A DNA stretch of 64,000 bases from Vicinamibacterales bacterium. GTDB lineage: Bacteria > Acidobacteriota > Vicinamibacteria > Vicinamibacterales > CAVVIG01. A program made the translations under genes and the position numbers. Location of the stretch: assembly GCA_035537875.1 (NCBI GenBank), contig DATLLJ010000043.1, positions 28,161-92,160 on the forward strand. The letters run 5' to 3'. The notes under the pieces are model-generated. The model searched no databases and was not told where the DNA came from. It saw only the letters and a program-made list of their open reading frames with translations. Each line of letters begins with the position of its first letter. Positions within the stretch are counted from its first letter, which is position 1. Shown here in pieces: positions 53,587 through 61,737 of this stretch.

Positions 53587-54420
53587 ATGAAGATCCATCT
53601 CGCCCACAGCCCCGACTCCGATGACGCCTTCATGTTTTACGGCCTCGCCAGCGGCAAGGTCGCGTCGGACGGGTTCGAGCTGGAGCATGTACTTGCCGAT
53701 ATCGAAACGCTCAATCGTGCCGCGTTCGAGGGGCGGTACGAGGTCACGGCCGTATCGTTTCATGCATACGCGCATTTGACGGACCGATATGTCCTGCTTC
53801 CGCACGGCGCCAGCATGGGCGACCGCTACGGTCCGGTCGTCGTGACGAAACGGGACGGGCCCAGATCGCTGAAGGGCGTGCAGGTCGGTGTGCCGGGCGA
53901 GATGACGACCGCGTTCCTGACCCTGCGGCTCTACGACCCAAGTGTGGAGTACGTGGTCATGCCGTTCGATCGGATTCAGGAGGCCGTCCACAGCGGTGAG
54001 ATCGCCGCCGGCCTGCTGATTCACGAAGGCCAGGTCACGTATGAGGAGGAGGGCTTGCGAAAGCTCGTCGATCTCGGCGAGTGGTGGGCCGACCGAACCG
54101 GCGGGCTGCCGCTGCCCCTCGGCGGCAACGTCATCAGGCGCGATCTCGGCGAGGCCACAATCGCTCGGCTTTCGGGACTCCTTCACGACAGCATCGCCTT
54201 CGGCCTCGCGCACCGGGATGAGGCCGTGCGGTATGCGATGCAGTTCGGCCGCGGGCTCGACGAGGGGCTGACCGATCGGTTCGTCGGGATGTACGTCAAC
54301 GACCTGACGCTCGACTACGGAACCCGCGGGCGCGCGGCGGTGCAGCGCCTGCTCGGTGACGCCCAAAGTGCCGGGCTGCTGCCGAAACCTGTCAGCGTCG
54401 AGTTTGTTCACGTGAATTGA
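53587..54420 (+). CDS. menaquinone (futalosine pathway) MqnA/MqnD-family protein, MqnD-like
   Basis: MKIHLAHSPDSDDAFMFYGL resembles the MqnD N-terminal HSPCPND pattern; periplasmic-binding-like fold family. I cannot separate MqnA from MqnD with certainty. Confidence 0.6.
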   Translation: MKIHLAHSPDSDDAFMFYGLASGKVASDGFELEHVLADIETLNRAAFEGRYEVTAVSFHAYAHLTDRYVLLPHGASMGDRYGPVVVTKRDGPRSLKGVQVGVPGEMTTAFLTLRLYDPSVEYVVMPFDRIQEAVHSGEIAAGLLIHEGQVTYEEEGLRKLVDLGEWWADRTGGLPLPLGGNVIRRDLGEATIARLSGLLHDSIAFGLAHRDEAVRYAMQFGRGLDEGLTDRFVGMYVNDLTLDYGTRGRAAVQRLLGDAQSAGLLPKPVSVEFVHVN

Positions 54421-54527
54421 GTCATCTGGTCATCTGGTCATCTGGTCATTGATTGGAGGATTGAGTGGAAAATCGGTCCAATCAAATGACCAGATGACTG
54501 GATGACTTGACCAGATGTGATTGGGCC
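54414..54527. repeat. octamer-periodic hairpin element E (GGTCAT subtype)
   Basis: Left arm GAATTGAG-TCATCTGG x3-TCATTGATTGG; ~22-nt loop; right arm CCAATCAA-ATGACCAG-ATGACTGG-ATGACTTG-ACCAGATG-TGATTGGG. It contains the mqnD-like stop codon and the 3' end of the convergent gene. Confidence 0.85.
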
Positions 54528-55309
54528 AGGATGTCGTGAATCTGGCGCACACCATCGGTCAGCGCCGCTGGTCCCGGCTGCAGGATGTAGGCTGATCTCA
54601 CTTCGAAGATTCGATCGTTGACGATCGCGCTGATCGCCCCCCAGCCTGGACGCTGACGGATGCGGGCGGGCTGAACCTTCTTCCCGCACCACGACGCCAG
54701 CACGAACTCCGGATTACGTCGAACGACGTCCAGGGGATCGACGATCCGATCGCGCGCAAGACGGGCGCCGGCCAGCTCGGGAAAAATCGGTACGCCGCCT
54801 GCAATCTCCACAAGCTCCTCGACCCACCGGATTCCTGATATCAGAGGCTCGTCCCACTCCTCGAAGAAGACCCGCGGGCGGCTGGCGAAACGCGAGGCCG
54901 ATCGCCGAATCTGCTCGAGGCCCTCGTTGAGTCTGTCGGCCAGCTGCTCGGCCTCGCCCTGGCACCCGACGAGGCCGCCGACCATTCGAACCATCTGCAG
55001 GATCTCGGCGACCGAGCGCTGGTTGAATGTCAACACCGCGATGCCGCGCCTCACGAGCTCAGCCGAAAGATCGGCCTGCAGATCCGAGAAGGCGAGCACG
55101 AGGTCGGGCTCGAGCGCGACGATCTTGTCGAATCTGGCGCTGGTGAATGCCGAAATCCGCGGTTTCTGTCTCGCTTCCGGAGGTCTGACCGTATAGCCCG
55201 AGACGCCGACGATACGGTCACCTTGTCCCAGAAGATACAGGGTTTCCGTGGTCTCCTCGGTAAGACACACGATGCGGCTGGGGAATTTGTTCATGCCCCA
55301 ATTCTTCAT
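54482..55309 (-). CDS. BtuF-like (periplasmic-binding-protein fold, PF01497-type) cobalamin/siderophore-binding protein lacking a signal peptide
   Basis: RIVCLTEETTETLYLLGQGDRIVGVSGY...ALEPDLVLA pattern. The N-terminus MKNWGMNKFPSRIV has no hydrophobic leader. ATGA overlap with the upstream gene at 55306-55309. The last ~8 codons are encoded by repeat E. Confidence 0.7.
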   Translation of the reverse strand: MKNWGMNKFPSRIVCLTEETTETLYLLGQGDRIVGVSGYTVRPPEARQKPRISAFTSARFDKIVALEPDLVLAFSDLQADLSAELVRRGIAVLTFNQRSVAEILQMVRMVGGLVGCQGEAEQLADRLNEGLEQIRRSASRFASRPRVFFEEWDEPLISGIRWVEELVEIAGGVPIFPELAGARLARDRIVDPLDVVRRNPEFVLASWCGKKVQPARIRQRPGWGAISAIVNDRIFEVRSAYILQPGPAALTDGVRQIHDILAQSHLVKSSSHLVI

Positions 55310-55962
55310 TGAAGGTCGGCGAACACGAACCCATCTCTCTCCACCACGATGCCGCGTCGAATTGGAATGGGGTGTCGGAACATCGGGCCATCGTACGCAA
55401 ACGAATGGAACTCGCCGCGCTCGCCGCAAGGGTCCACGCCCGCCGGCAGGTCGGCGAGCAGCGATGAATCGAATTCTCGCCCAACGAAGCCTCGGTCGAG
55501 AACGGCCGGGTTGACACAGGTGATTCGTGCCGCGAGCCCAGCGCCGATCATTTGGCGGGCGAGGGCCGCAGTGTCAGAGCCAAACAGAGGAAAGATCGGC
55601 GACAGGCCGGTCCCGGCCAGACGCTCTTCCCGGTACCGCCGCACATCTTCGAGGAACAGATCGCCGAAGGCGATGTGGGTGAATCCTTCGCGGACGGCCC
55701 GTGCGACGACTTGACCCATCGCCTGCTCGTAGATCTCGTTCGGACATGGTGAAGGGATCGGCACTGTCCACAGCGGCAACCCGAGCGCTTCGGCTTGCGC
55801 GTCGAGCAGCTCCATGCGGACCGCGTGCATCGCAACCCGCTGGGCTGCCTCGTTGACCGTCGTCAACAGACCAGCCAACAACACATCACTCCGTTGCCGC
55901 AGCACGTGGACCATCCACGCGCTGTCTTTACCGGTGGACCAGGAGAGCAGACACTTGGTCAT
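55306..55962 (-). CDS. DUF71/COG2102 (ATP_bind_4, Dph6-related) PP-loop ATPase, copy 2
   Basis: LLSWSTGKDS PP-loop, HIAFGDLFLEDVRRYRE, DPCGERGEFHSF. The start codon lies inside repeat F. Confidence 0.7.
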   Translation of the reverse strand: MTKCLLSWSTGKDSAWMVHVLRQRSDVLLAGLLTTVNEAAQRVAMHAVRMELLDAQAEALGLPLWTVPIPSPCPNEIYEQAMGQVVARAVREGFTHIAFGDLFLEDVRRYREERLAGTGLSPIFPLFGSDTAALARQMIGAGLAARITCVNPAVLDRGFVGREFDSSLLADLPAGVDPCGERGEFHSFAYDGPMFRHPIPIRRGIVVERDGFVFADLQ

Positions 55963-56104
55963 TGGGTCATCCGGTCATCGGCCATCTTCTCGAGCTCGTT
56001 GCGAACGGCCCGCGCCATCTTCAAGCCCAGCCCTACACTCAACAGCTCCAATCCCAATCCCCCAATCAATGACCAGATGTCCAGATGACCAGATGCCCCA
56101 ATTC
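55960..56104. repeat. hairpin element F (GGTCAT subtype, long interrupted loop)
   Basis: Left: CATTGG-GTCATCCG-GTCATCGG-CCATCT. Right: CCAATCCCAATCCCCCAATCAAT-GACCAGAT-GTCCAGAT-GACCAGAT-GCCCCAATTC. The core CCAATCCCCCAATCAAT is shared with element G. Confidence 0.7.
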
Positions 56105-56105
56105 C

Positions 56106-56993
56106 CTATCTCCAAGCCCCAGGGTGCAGCGTGCGTGCGAACCGTTCGGCGGCCAGAACGATGCGTGGTCCTGGCACGACGAACTCGTCGCCCGCGAGCA
56201 GATAGACCCGGTCGGATTTGACCGCCGGCACCGACGCGAGCGCATTCCACACGAGACGCTCCGATCCCATCTTGTCGGGCCTGAGCGAGTTGCCGTAGTG
56301 CAGCTCGATGACCACGTCTGGCGCTCGCGTCAGAATCAATTCGGTGCTCATGTCAACCGACTGTTTCTTCACATCCGCGAGGACATTGGCGCCGCCTGCG
56401 AGTTCGAGCACGTCGTGCAGAAACCCGTAGCCCCCGCTTGCGTTGATCTGTCGCAACGTCCCCGGCTCACGTCCGAAGACGAGCAGCGTCCTCGGCCTGG
56501 GCCTGCCGCTCACGCGACGGCCGACGGCGGCCAGCTGCTGCTCGATGCGTGAGGCGATGGCGTCCGCGTCGCTGGCCACCCCAATTCTCGCGCCCAGCGT
56601 CCGCATCGTCTGCGTGATGTCCCTCAAGTCGCGGTGCACGTAGTTGAACATCGGGATCTGCGCGCGTTCGAGCTGTCTCTTGAGATCGGTCTGCGTGTCG
56701 TAGACGACGACGAGATCGGGTTTCAGCGCGAGCAACCGTTCGACGTCCGGATCGACCAGGCCGCCGACCCGCGGCAGCCGATCGACCTCTGGAGGGAAGC
56801 GGTCGTAGGTGCCGACGCCGGCGAGCCGACCACCGGCTCCCATCGCGAAGATCATCTCGGTTACGGCGGGAGCGAGCGAAATGATGCGTTGCGGCGGATC
56901 GGCAGCTCGAGCCGTGACGACGGACAGCGCCACGATCAGCGCGGTACGAGCGATCGATGCTTTCGGTGTCAGACGCGTCGCAGCAGGAGCCAT
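56106..56993 (-). CDS. btuF: periplasmic cobalamin/iron-siderophore binding protein (BtuF-like) with signal peptide
   Basis: Signal-like ARTALIVALSVVTARA, then RIISLAPAVTEMIFAMGAG..LAGV and LKPDLVVV. Confidence 0.75.
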   Translation of the reverse strand: MAPAATRLTPKASIARTALIVALSVVTARAADPPQRIISLAPAVTEMIFAMGAGGRLAGVGTYDRFPPEVDRLPRVGGLVDPDVERLLALKPDLVVVYDTQTDLKRQLERAQIPMFNYVHRDLRDITQTMRTLGARIGVASDADAIASRIEQQLAAVGRRVSGRPRPRTLLVFGREPGTLRQINASGGYGFLHDVLELAGGANVLADVKKQSVDMSTELILTRAPDVVIELHYGNSLRPDKMGSERLVWNALASVPAVKSDRVYLLAGDEFVVPGPRIVLAAERFARTLHPGAWR

Positions 56994-58012
56994 AAGAACA
57001 CCGGTCCTCCAACAAGGGCCGTGATGATGCCCACGGGCAGTTCAAGGGGGGCGATGATGGTGCGGGCCACGAGATCGCAGCCGATGAGAAACGCGCTGCC
57101 GAACAACGCCGAGGCCGGCAGGACGAGCCGGTGATCGGCCCCGACGATGAGCCGGACCAGATGCGGCACGATGATGCCGACGAACGAGACCGGTCCAGCG
57201 AGCGACACGGCGGCACCAGTCGCGAGCGACGCGCTGACGAGCGCCACACGTTCGGCCCGTTCGATGTCGACGCCGCGCGCAGCCGCCGACTCGCTGCCTA
57301 CGCTGATCAGGTCGAGTGCACGCGGTAGCGTGGCGAACCCCGACCAGGCCAGGGCGAGCGGCAGGAGCGACGCCCAGATGGGGGCATAGGACGCCACATC
57401 GAGCGATCCCATCAGCCACCGGACGTTGCGGAAAGTCTGCGTGAAGTCCGCCAGATACTGGACGAAGGCGATCACCGCCGAGAGTAGCGCCTGCACCGTC
57501 ACGCCACCGAGCAGCAGGACGATCGCCGACGTGCCCCGGCGCCTGGCCGCCGACAGGCCGTAGACGATGGCCAGCGCGCCGAAGGACCCGGCGAAACTCG
57601 CCAGCGGCACGGCCGAAATGCCCAACAGCGAAAAATCGAACCCGAAGGTGATCGCGATCATGGCGCCGAGCGAGGCGCCGGCAGACACGCCGAGTGTGTC
57701 GGGCGACGCGAGCGGGTTCCTGAGGAGCGCCTGGAATACGACCCCGGAGAGCGCAAGTGCGCTGCCGACGAGCGCGGCGGCGAGGACGCGCGGCAGGCGC
57801 GCGACAAAAAAGATTTGAGCGTCGATGTTGTCGGCGTACGGGATCGACCGGTCGAAGACGGCACCGAGATGAATGCGGGTGCTCCCGGCCAGCGGGGCGA
57901 ACAGGCAGGCGGCTATCGCCAACGTGCCAAACGCCATCAGCGTCCATGCGAGCCGGCGTCGGATGGACGCGCGGGGATGGAAGCCGACGAGCGCGTCAGT
58001 ATGCCCGGCCAA
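56969..58012 (-). CDS. btuC: FecCD-family ABC permease (BtuC-like)
   Basis: 347 aa, about 9-10 TM helices. C-terminal GIITALVGGPVFLWLL is typical of the FecCD family. Confidence 0.85.
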   Translation of the reverse strand: MAGHTDALVGFHPRASIRRRLAWTLMAFGTLAIAACLFAPLAGSTRIHLGAVFDRSIPYADNIDAQIFFVARLPRVLAAALVGSALALSGVVFQALLRNPLASPDTLGVSAGASLGAMIAITFGFDFSLLGISAVPLASFAGSFGALAIVYGLSAARRRGTSAIVLLLGGVTVQALLSAVIAFVQYLADFTQTFRNVRWLMGSLDVASYAPIWASLLPLALAWSGFATLPRALDLISVGSESAAARGVDIERAERVALVSASLATGAAVSLAGPVSFVGIIVPHLVRLIVGADHRLVLPASALFGSAFLIGCDLVARTIIAPLELPVGIITALVGGPVFLWLLLRRV

Positions 58013-58775
58013 TCGGCACCACCGTCAAGCGACCGGCGCGTTCATGAAACGTCACGTCCGCATCGACGTCGTACAGCGAGCGGACGTTCTGCGCCGTCAG
58101 CGTTTCTCTGGTCGGACCCTGCGCGATGACGCGGCCCTGCTTGAGCAGCACGATGCGCTCACAGAGAGCCGCTGCCAGATTCAGATCGTGCGTGGACACG
58201 ACCATCGTCGTGCCGCGTTCCACGTTCAGCCGACCGAGCAGCGCCGCAATTTCAAGCTGATAGCGAAGGTCGAGCGCGGCCGTCGGCTCGTCCAGCAGCA
58301 GCACATCGGACGCCTGGGCGAGGGCGCTCGCGATGACGACGCGCTGCTTCTCCCCGCCGCTGAGCGTGGAGAAGCGCCTGGCCTCGAATGCGGCGGTTCC
58401 CGTCGCGGCCAGCGCCTCCTTCGCGATCTCCAGATCCGCGGCGCCTTCCAGCGCGAATGGACCGAGGTGCGGGTAGCGGCCCATCAGCACCATGTCCAGA
58501 ACGCTGAAGTCGAATGTCGTCTGGGTTTCCTGAGGAACGACGGCGACGCGCCGCGCGAGCTCGCGCCGCGTCATGAGCGCCAGGGGCTGACCGTCGATCG
58601 CCACGCGACCGGCCGCGGGCGTCAGAATCCCAGCCAGGATCCGGAGCAGCGTGGTCTTGCCGGATCCGTTGGGCCCGAGGAGGCCAACCATCGCGCCGCG
58701 ATGCACCTGCAACGACACCCCGTGCAGCACGGGCGTACCGCGATACGCAAACGACACGTCAGTCGTGTGCAGCAT
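57996..58775 (-). CDS. btuD: ABC ATP-binding protein (BtuD/FepC-like)
   Basis: GPNGSGKTT, LSGGEKQRV, LLLDEPTAALD. Start trimmed to MLHTTDVSF. Confidence 0.85.
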   Translation of the reverse strand: MLHTTDVSFAYRGTPVLHGVSLQVHRGAMVGLLGPNGSGKTTLLRILAGILTPAAGRVAIDGQPLALMTRRELARRVAVVPQETQTTFDFSVLDMVLMGRYPHLGPFALEGAADLEIAKEALAATGTAAFEARRFSTLSGGEKQRVVIASALAQASDVLLLDEPTAALDLRYQLEIAALLGRLNVERGTTMVVSTHDLNLAAALCERIVLLKQGRVIAQGPTRETLTAQNVRSLYDVDADVTFHERAGRLTVVPIGRAY

Positions 58776-59490
58776 CCGGCACCACGTCGAGCGCCCAGCA
58801 GTCTGCGCGCTGCACCGTGTCTCCTGCGCGCAGCCATAAGGGGCGCCGAAAAAGGGGGCTGTCGGTGACGACCGTGTGATACTCGCCCCGCTCGCCGCAG
58901 GGGTCGACGCCGAGTTCCGCAAAGCGCGGCAGAAGATCAGCGGTCAACCGTCGGCCGAGCCAGCGACGGTCGAGCAGCGCTGCGCGCGTGGTGACGATGA
59001 GGGCTTCGGAGCCCGAGGCCACCCACTCGTGAAACAACGTCGTCGTGGACGAGCCCCAGAGCGGTTCGACGGCAATGAGTCCGGCCCGCTCGCACATCTG
59101 CTCGGCCCACCGTCGATGTTCGTCGAACAGGATATCGCCGAAGATCACGTGCGTGATTCCTGCCGACGAGAGCTCGCCGAGAGCGGTGCCGAACGCCTCG
59201 TCGTACGTCGCCCATGACGATCGGCCGGTCACTTGACGGAGGCCCAGCCGCTCGGCCTGTGCCGTCAGCACTTCGGGCCGCAGCCCGTGAGAGCGGCTGC
59301 GCAGCCGCTCCTCGTCGAACATCGTGAGCATCGCGACGACGTCGAAGGCCTCACGCGTCCGCTGCAGGGCGGCGCAGCTGTCCTTGCCACCGCTCCACGA
59401 GATTGCGGCGAGCGGTCTCACAGGCACGCGGTCACCGGCCGAATCACTCGAAAGGCTTGGGGATGAGGGCAGCCATTCACGGGCCGCCAT
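58759..59490 (-). CDS. DUF71/COG2102 (ATP_bind_4, Dph6-related) PP-loop ATPase, copy 1
   Basis: ISWSGGKDS, HVIFGDILFDEHRRWAE, DPCGERGEYHT. Start uncertain (ATG 59490 or GTG 59529). Confidence 0.7.
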   Translation of the reverse strand: MAAREWLPSSPSLSSDSAGDRVPVRPLAAISWSGGKDSCAALQRTREAFDVVAMLTMFDEERLRSRSHGLRPEVLTAQAERLGLRQVTGRSSWATYDEAFGTALGELSSAGITHVIFGDILFDEHRRWAEQMCERAGLIAVEPLWGSSTTTLFHEWVASGSEALIVTTRAALLDRRWLGRRLTADLLPRFAELGVDPCGERGEYHTVVTDSPLFRRPLWLRAGDTVQRADCWALDVVPDAAHD

Positions 59491-59549
59491 CGGCGGGGGA
59501 TGCGCATCGAGCTCCTTCCGGCGTCTCACGCGCCGAGCAAAGGACGCCC

Positions 59550-59750
59550 CCGATGACCAGGTTTCCTGACTCGCGGATCGCTGCGGCGCGCGGTCTTCCC
59601 AGACCCTGCGGCCCTTTCTGGCCGTGACAGTCCAGTGACGTTCTACAACGCGTCGCTAGCCGCTTACAGTGGCGGGACCGTGCGGGCTTTCCACCCACTT
59701 CCCTGGCCGCCGGGGCGAGCGTCAAATTGTGCACGCACGGCGGTGGCGCC
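59550..59750 (-). promoter_or_regulatory. cobalamin (B12) riboswitch
   Basis: The minus strand reads ...GGCCAGGGAAGUGGGUGGAAAGCCCGCACGGUCCCGCCACUGUAAGCGG...CACUGG...UGGGAAGACC...GAGUCAGGAAACCUGGUC. This matches the conserved AGGGAA, GGUG-AAA-CC, B12-box GCCACUG, GGGAAG and AGUCAGGA-ACCUG elements. It sits immediately 5' of the DUF71-btuDCF operon. Confidence 0.8.
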
Positions 59751-59895
59751 GCGCGTCGTTCCGCCGTCGGGCCGCGCCCTCAGGCAGACGTGCGAGTATA
59801 CTGCGAAACGGTCAGGGGGCTGAGTCGAGTTGCCTCAGGTGTATCTTTTTGCGTAACATATCCCGGATTATTCCTACAACCGAGAGGGAGCGTGC

Positions 59896-60399
59896 ATGAG
59901 CAAGAGTTCGACCGTCACCGTACGCGAGCGGCCTGTTGAAGATATCGCCAGCGCGTCGGTCGGTGGCCTTACGATCCACGGTGAGACGCTGGTCATCAGC
60001 ACGGATCAGCGCATCGAGTTGGTCGATCTCACGAACAAGGTCATGGAGTTCGTGCGGCGCTTCAACATGCGCGAGGGGCTCGTCAGCCTCTGGTCGATGC
60101 ACACCACCTGTTCGCTCTTCATCAACGAGTTCCAGACGGCGCTGCTCACCGACATCCGCCGGTTTCTCGAGCAGATGGTCGCGCGCGACGCGGAGTGGAT
60201 GCACAACAACCCGGAACACTCGGACTGCGATCGGATGAACGCCGACTCGCACCTTCGGGCGGTCCTCCTCGGTCACCACGTCACGCTTCAGGTCAGCGGC
60301 GGAGAAGTCGTGCTGGGCCAATGGCAGCGGATCCTGATGGCAGAGCTCGACGGCCCACGGGCTCGATCGCTGCGCATCCAGATCTTCGGGATCTCGTAG
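59896..60399 (+). CDS. yjbQ: YjbQ/UPF0047 family protein (secondary thiamine-phosphate synthase-like)
   Basis: EGLVSLWSMHTTCSLFINE...DSHLRAVLLGHHVTLQVSGGEVVLGQWQRI. Confidence 0.8.
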   Translation: MSKSSTVTVRERPVEDIASASVGGLTIHGETLVISTDQRIELVDLTNKVMEFVRRFNMREGLVSLWSMHTTCSLFINEFQTALLTDIRRFLEQMVARDAEWMHNNPEHSDCDRMNADSHLRAVLLGHHVTLQVSGGEVVLGQWQRILMAELDGPRARSLRIQIFGIS

Positions 60400-60402
60400 A
60401 GC

Positions 60403-60518
60403 GAATTGGGTAATTGGGTAATCGGGTAATCTGGTAATTGATTTGGAGATTGATCAGGACGCTCGACCCAATCCCCCAATCAATTACCCAATTACCCGAT
60501 TACCCAATTACCCAATTC
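60403..60518. repeat. octamer-periodic hairpin element G (GGTAAT subtype) with perfect terminal inverted repeat
   Basis: Left arm GAATTGGGTAATTGGGTAATCGGGTAATCTGGTAATTGATTTGG. Right arm CCAATCCCCCAATCAATTACCCAATTACCCGATTACCCAATTACCCAATTC. The outer 20 nt are exact reverse complements. Confidence 0.9.
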
Positions 60519-60532
60519 ACCGTCATTCCCGT

Positions 60533-61624
60533 TTGTCCTCGTCCGGTCTCCTCGCCATCTCCGACAAACTGGCGGCCGGCGTTCGCCTGACGCTCGAGGA
60601 CGGGATCCGGCTGTTCGAGTGCCCGGATTTGCTGGCCGTTGGTGCGCTCGCCAATGCGGACCGTGAAAAGCGGCACGGTCACAGGACCTACTACAACTAC
60701 AACATCCGTCTCGAAGCGACCAACGTCTGCGTGGCCAGCTGTCTGTTCTGTTCGTTCGCGCGGCTGAAGCCCGGCGACCCTGGCGCGTACACCATGTCGC
60801 TCGAACAGGCGTGGGACAAGCTTCGGCGTCGCGCGCACCAGCCGCTGACCGAGGTGCACGTCGTCAACGGTCTCCATCCCGATTTGCCGTTCGATTACTA
60901 CACGGAGATGCTCCGGGGCTTCAAGCGGATCCGTCCCGGTATCCACTTGAAGTGCTTTACGGCAGTCGAGATCGCATTTTTCGCGGATCTTTACGGGATG
61001 AGCGACGAACAGGTGCTGCGCGAGCTCATGGCGGCCGGCCTCGACTCGCTGCCAGGCGGCGGGGCCGAAATCTTCGCTGACCGCGTCCGTCGCAAGATCG
61101 CCAACGACAAGTGCGGCACGGAACGCTACCTCGATATCCATCGGAAGGCGCACGGGCTGGGCCTGCGCAGCAACGTCACGATGCTCTACGGGCACATCGA
61201 GACGGCCGAGGAACGTGTAGACCACATGCTGCGGGCGCGCGCGCTGCAGGACGAGACGGGAGGTTTCCAGGCGTTCATTCCGCTGGCCTTCCATCCCGAC
61301 AACAACCAGATGCGGAAGCTGCCGGCGCCGAGCGCGGCCGACAGTCTCCGGGTGCACGCCGTGTCGAGGCTGATGCTCGACAACATCGCGCACGTCAAGG
61401 CCTTCTGGATTGCGACGGGCGTGGAAGTGGCGCAGACCTCCCTCTGGTTCGGGGTCGACGACCTCGACGGGACGGTGCAGGAGGAACGCATCTATCACAT
61501 GGCCGGCGCCCGTACGCCGGAGGCGATGACGCCGCGCGAGATCGAACGGCTGATTGTGGCGGCGGGACGTCAGCCGCTTGAACGCGACACGTTCTACAAC
61601 GTCGTTCCCCGGGCCATCAATTAG
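60533..61624 (+). CDS. radical SAM menaquinone biosynthesis enzyme, MqnE/MqnC family (aminofutalosine synthase-like)
   Basis: SDKLAAGVRLTLEDGIRLFE..DLLAVGALAN..., radical SAM cluster motif CVASCLFCSF. Start set to in-frame TTG 60533, because the longer ORF start (60443) lies inside repeat G. Confidence 0.75.
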   Translation: MSSSGLLAISDKLAAGVRLTLEDGIRLFECPDLLAVGALANADREKRHGHRTYYNYNIRLEATNVCVASCLFCSFARLKPGDPGAYTMSLEQAWDKLRRRAHQPLTEVHVVNGLHPDLPFDYYTEMLRGFKRIRPGIHLKCFTAVEIAFFADLYGMSDEQVLRELMAAGLDSLPGGGAEIFADRVRRKIANDKCGTERYLDIHRKAHGLGLRSNVTMLYGHIETAEERVDHMLRARALQDETGGFQAFIPLAFHPDNNQMRKLPAPSAADSLRVHAVSRLMLDNIAHVKAFWIATGVEVAQTSLWFGVDDLDGTVQEERIYHMAGARTPEAMTPREIERLIVAAGRQPLERDTFYNVVPRAIN

Positions 61625-61644
61625 CCTGCTATACTGATCTGGAC

Positions 61645-61684
61645 GCCAAGCCCCGATCGTCGAGATCGCAGGTCTTGGCTTTTT
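61645..61684 (+). terminator. Rho-independent terminator candidate after the mqnE/C-like gene
   Basis: GCCAAG(61645-50)...GATC-GTCGA-GATC...CTTGGC(61674-79) followed by TTTTT. Confidence 0.6.
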
Positions 61685-61737
61685 CAAGTCGCTAGATTGA
61701 GAAAAATTTCACAAATCGAGCGACGTACTTAGAAAAA

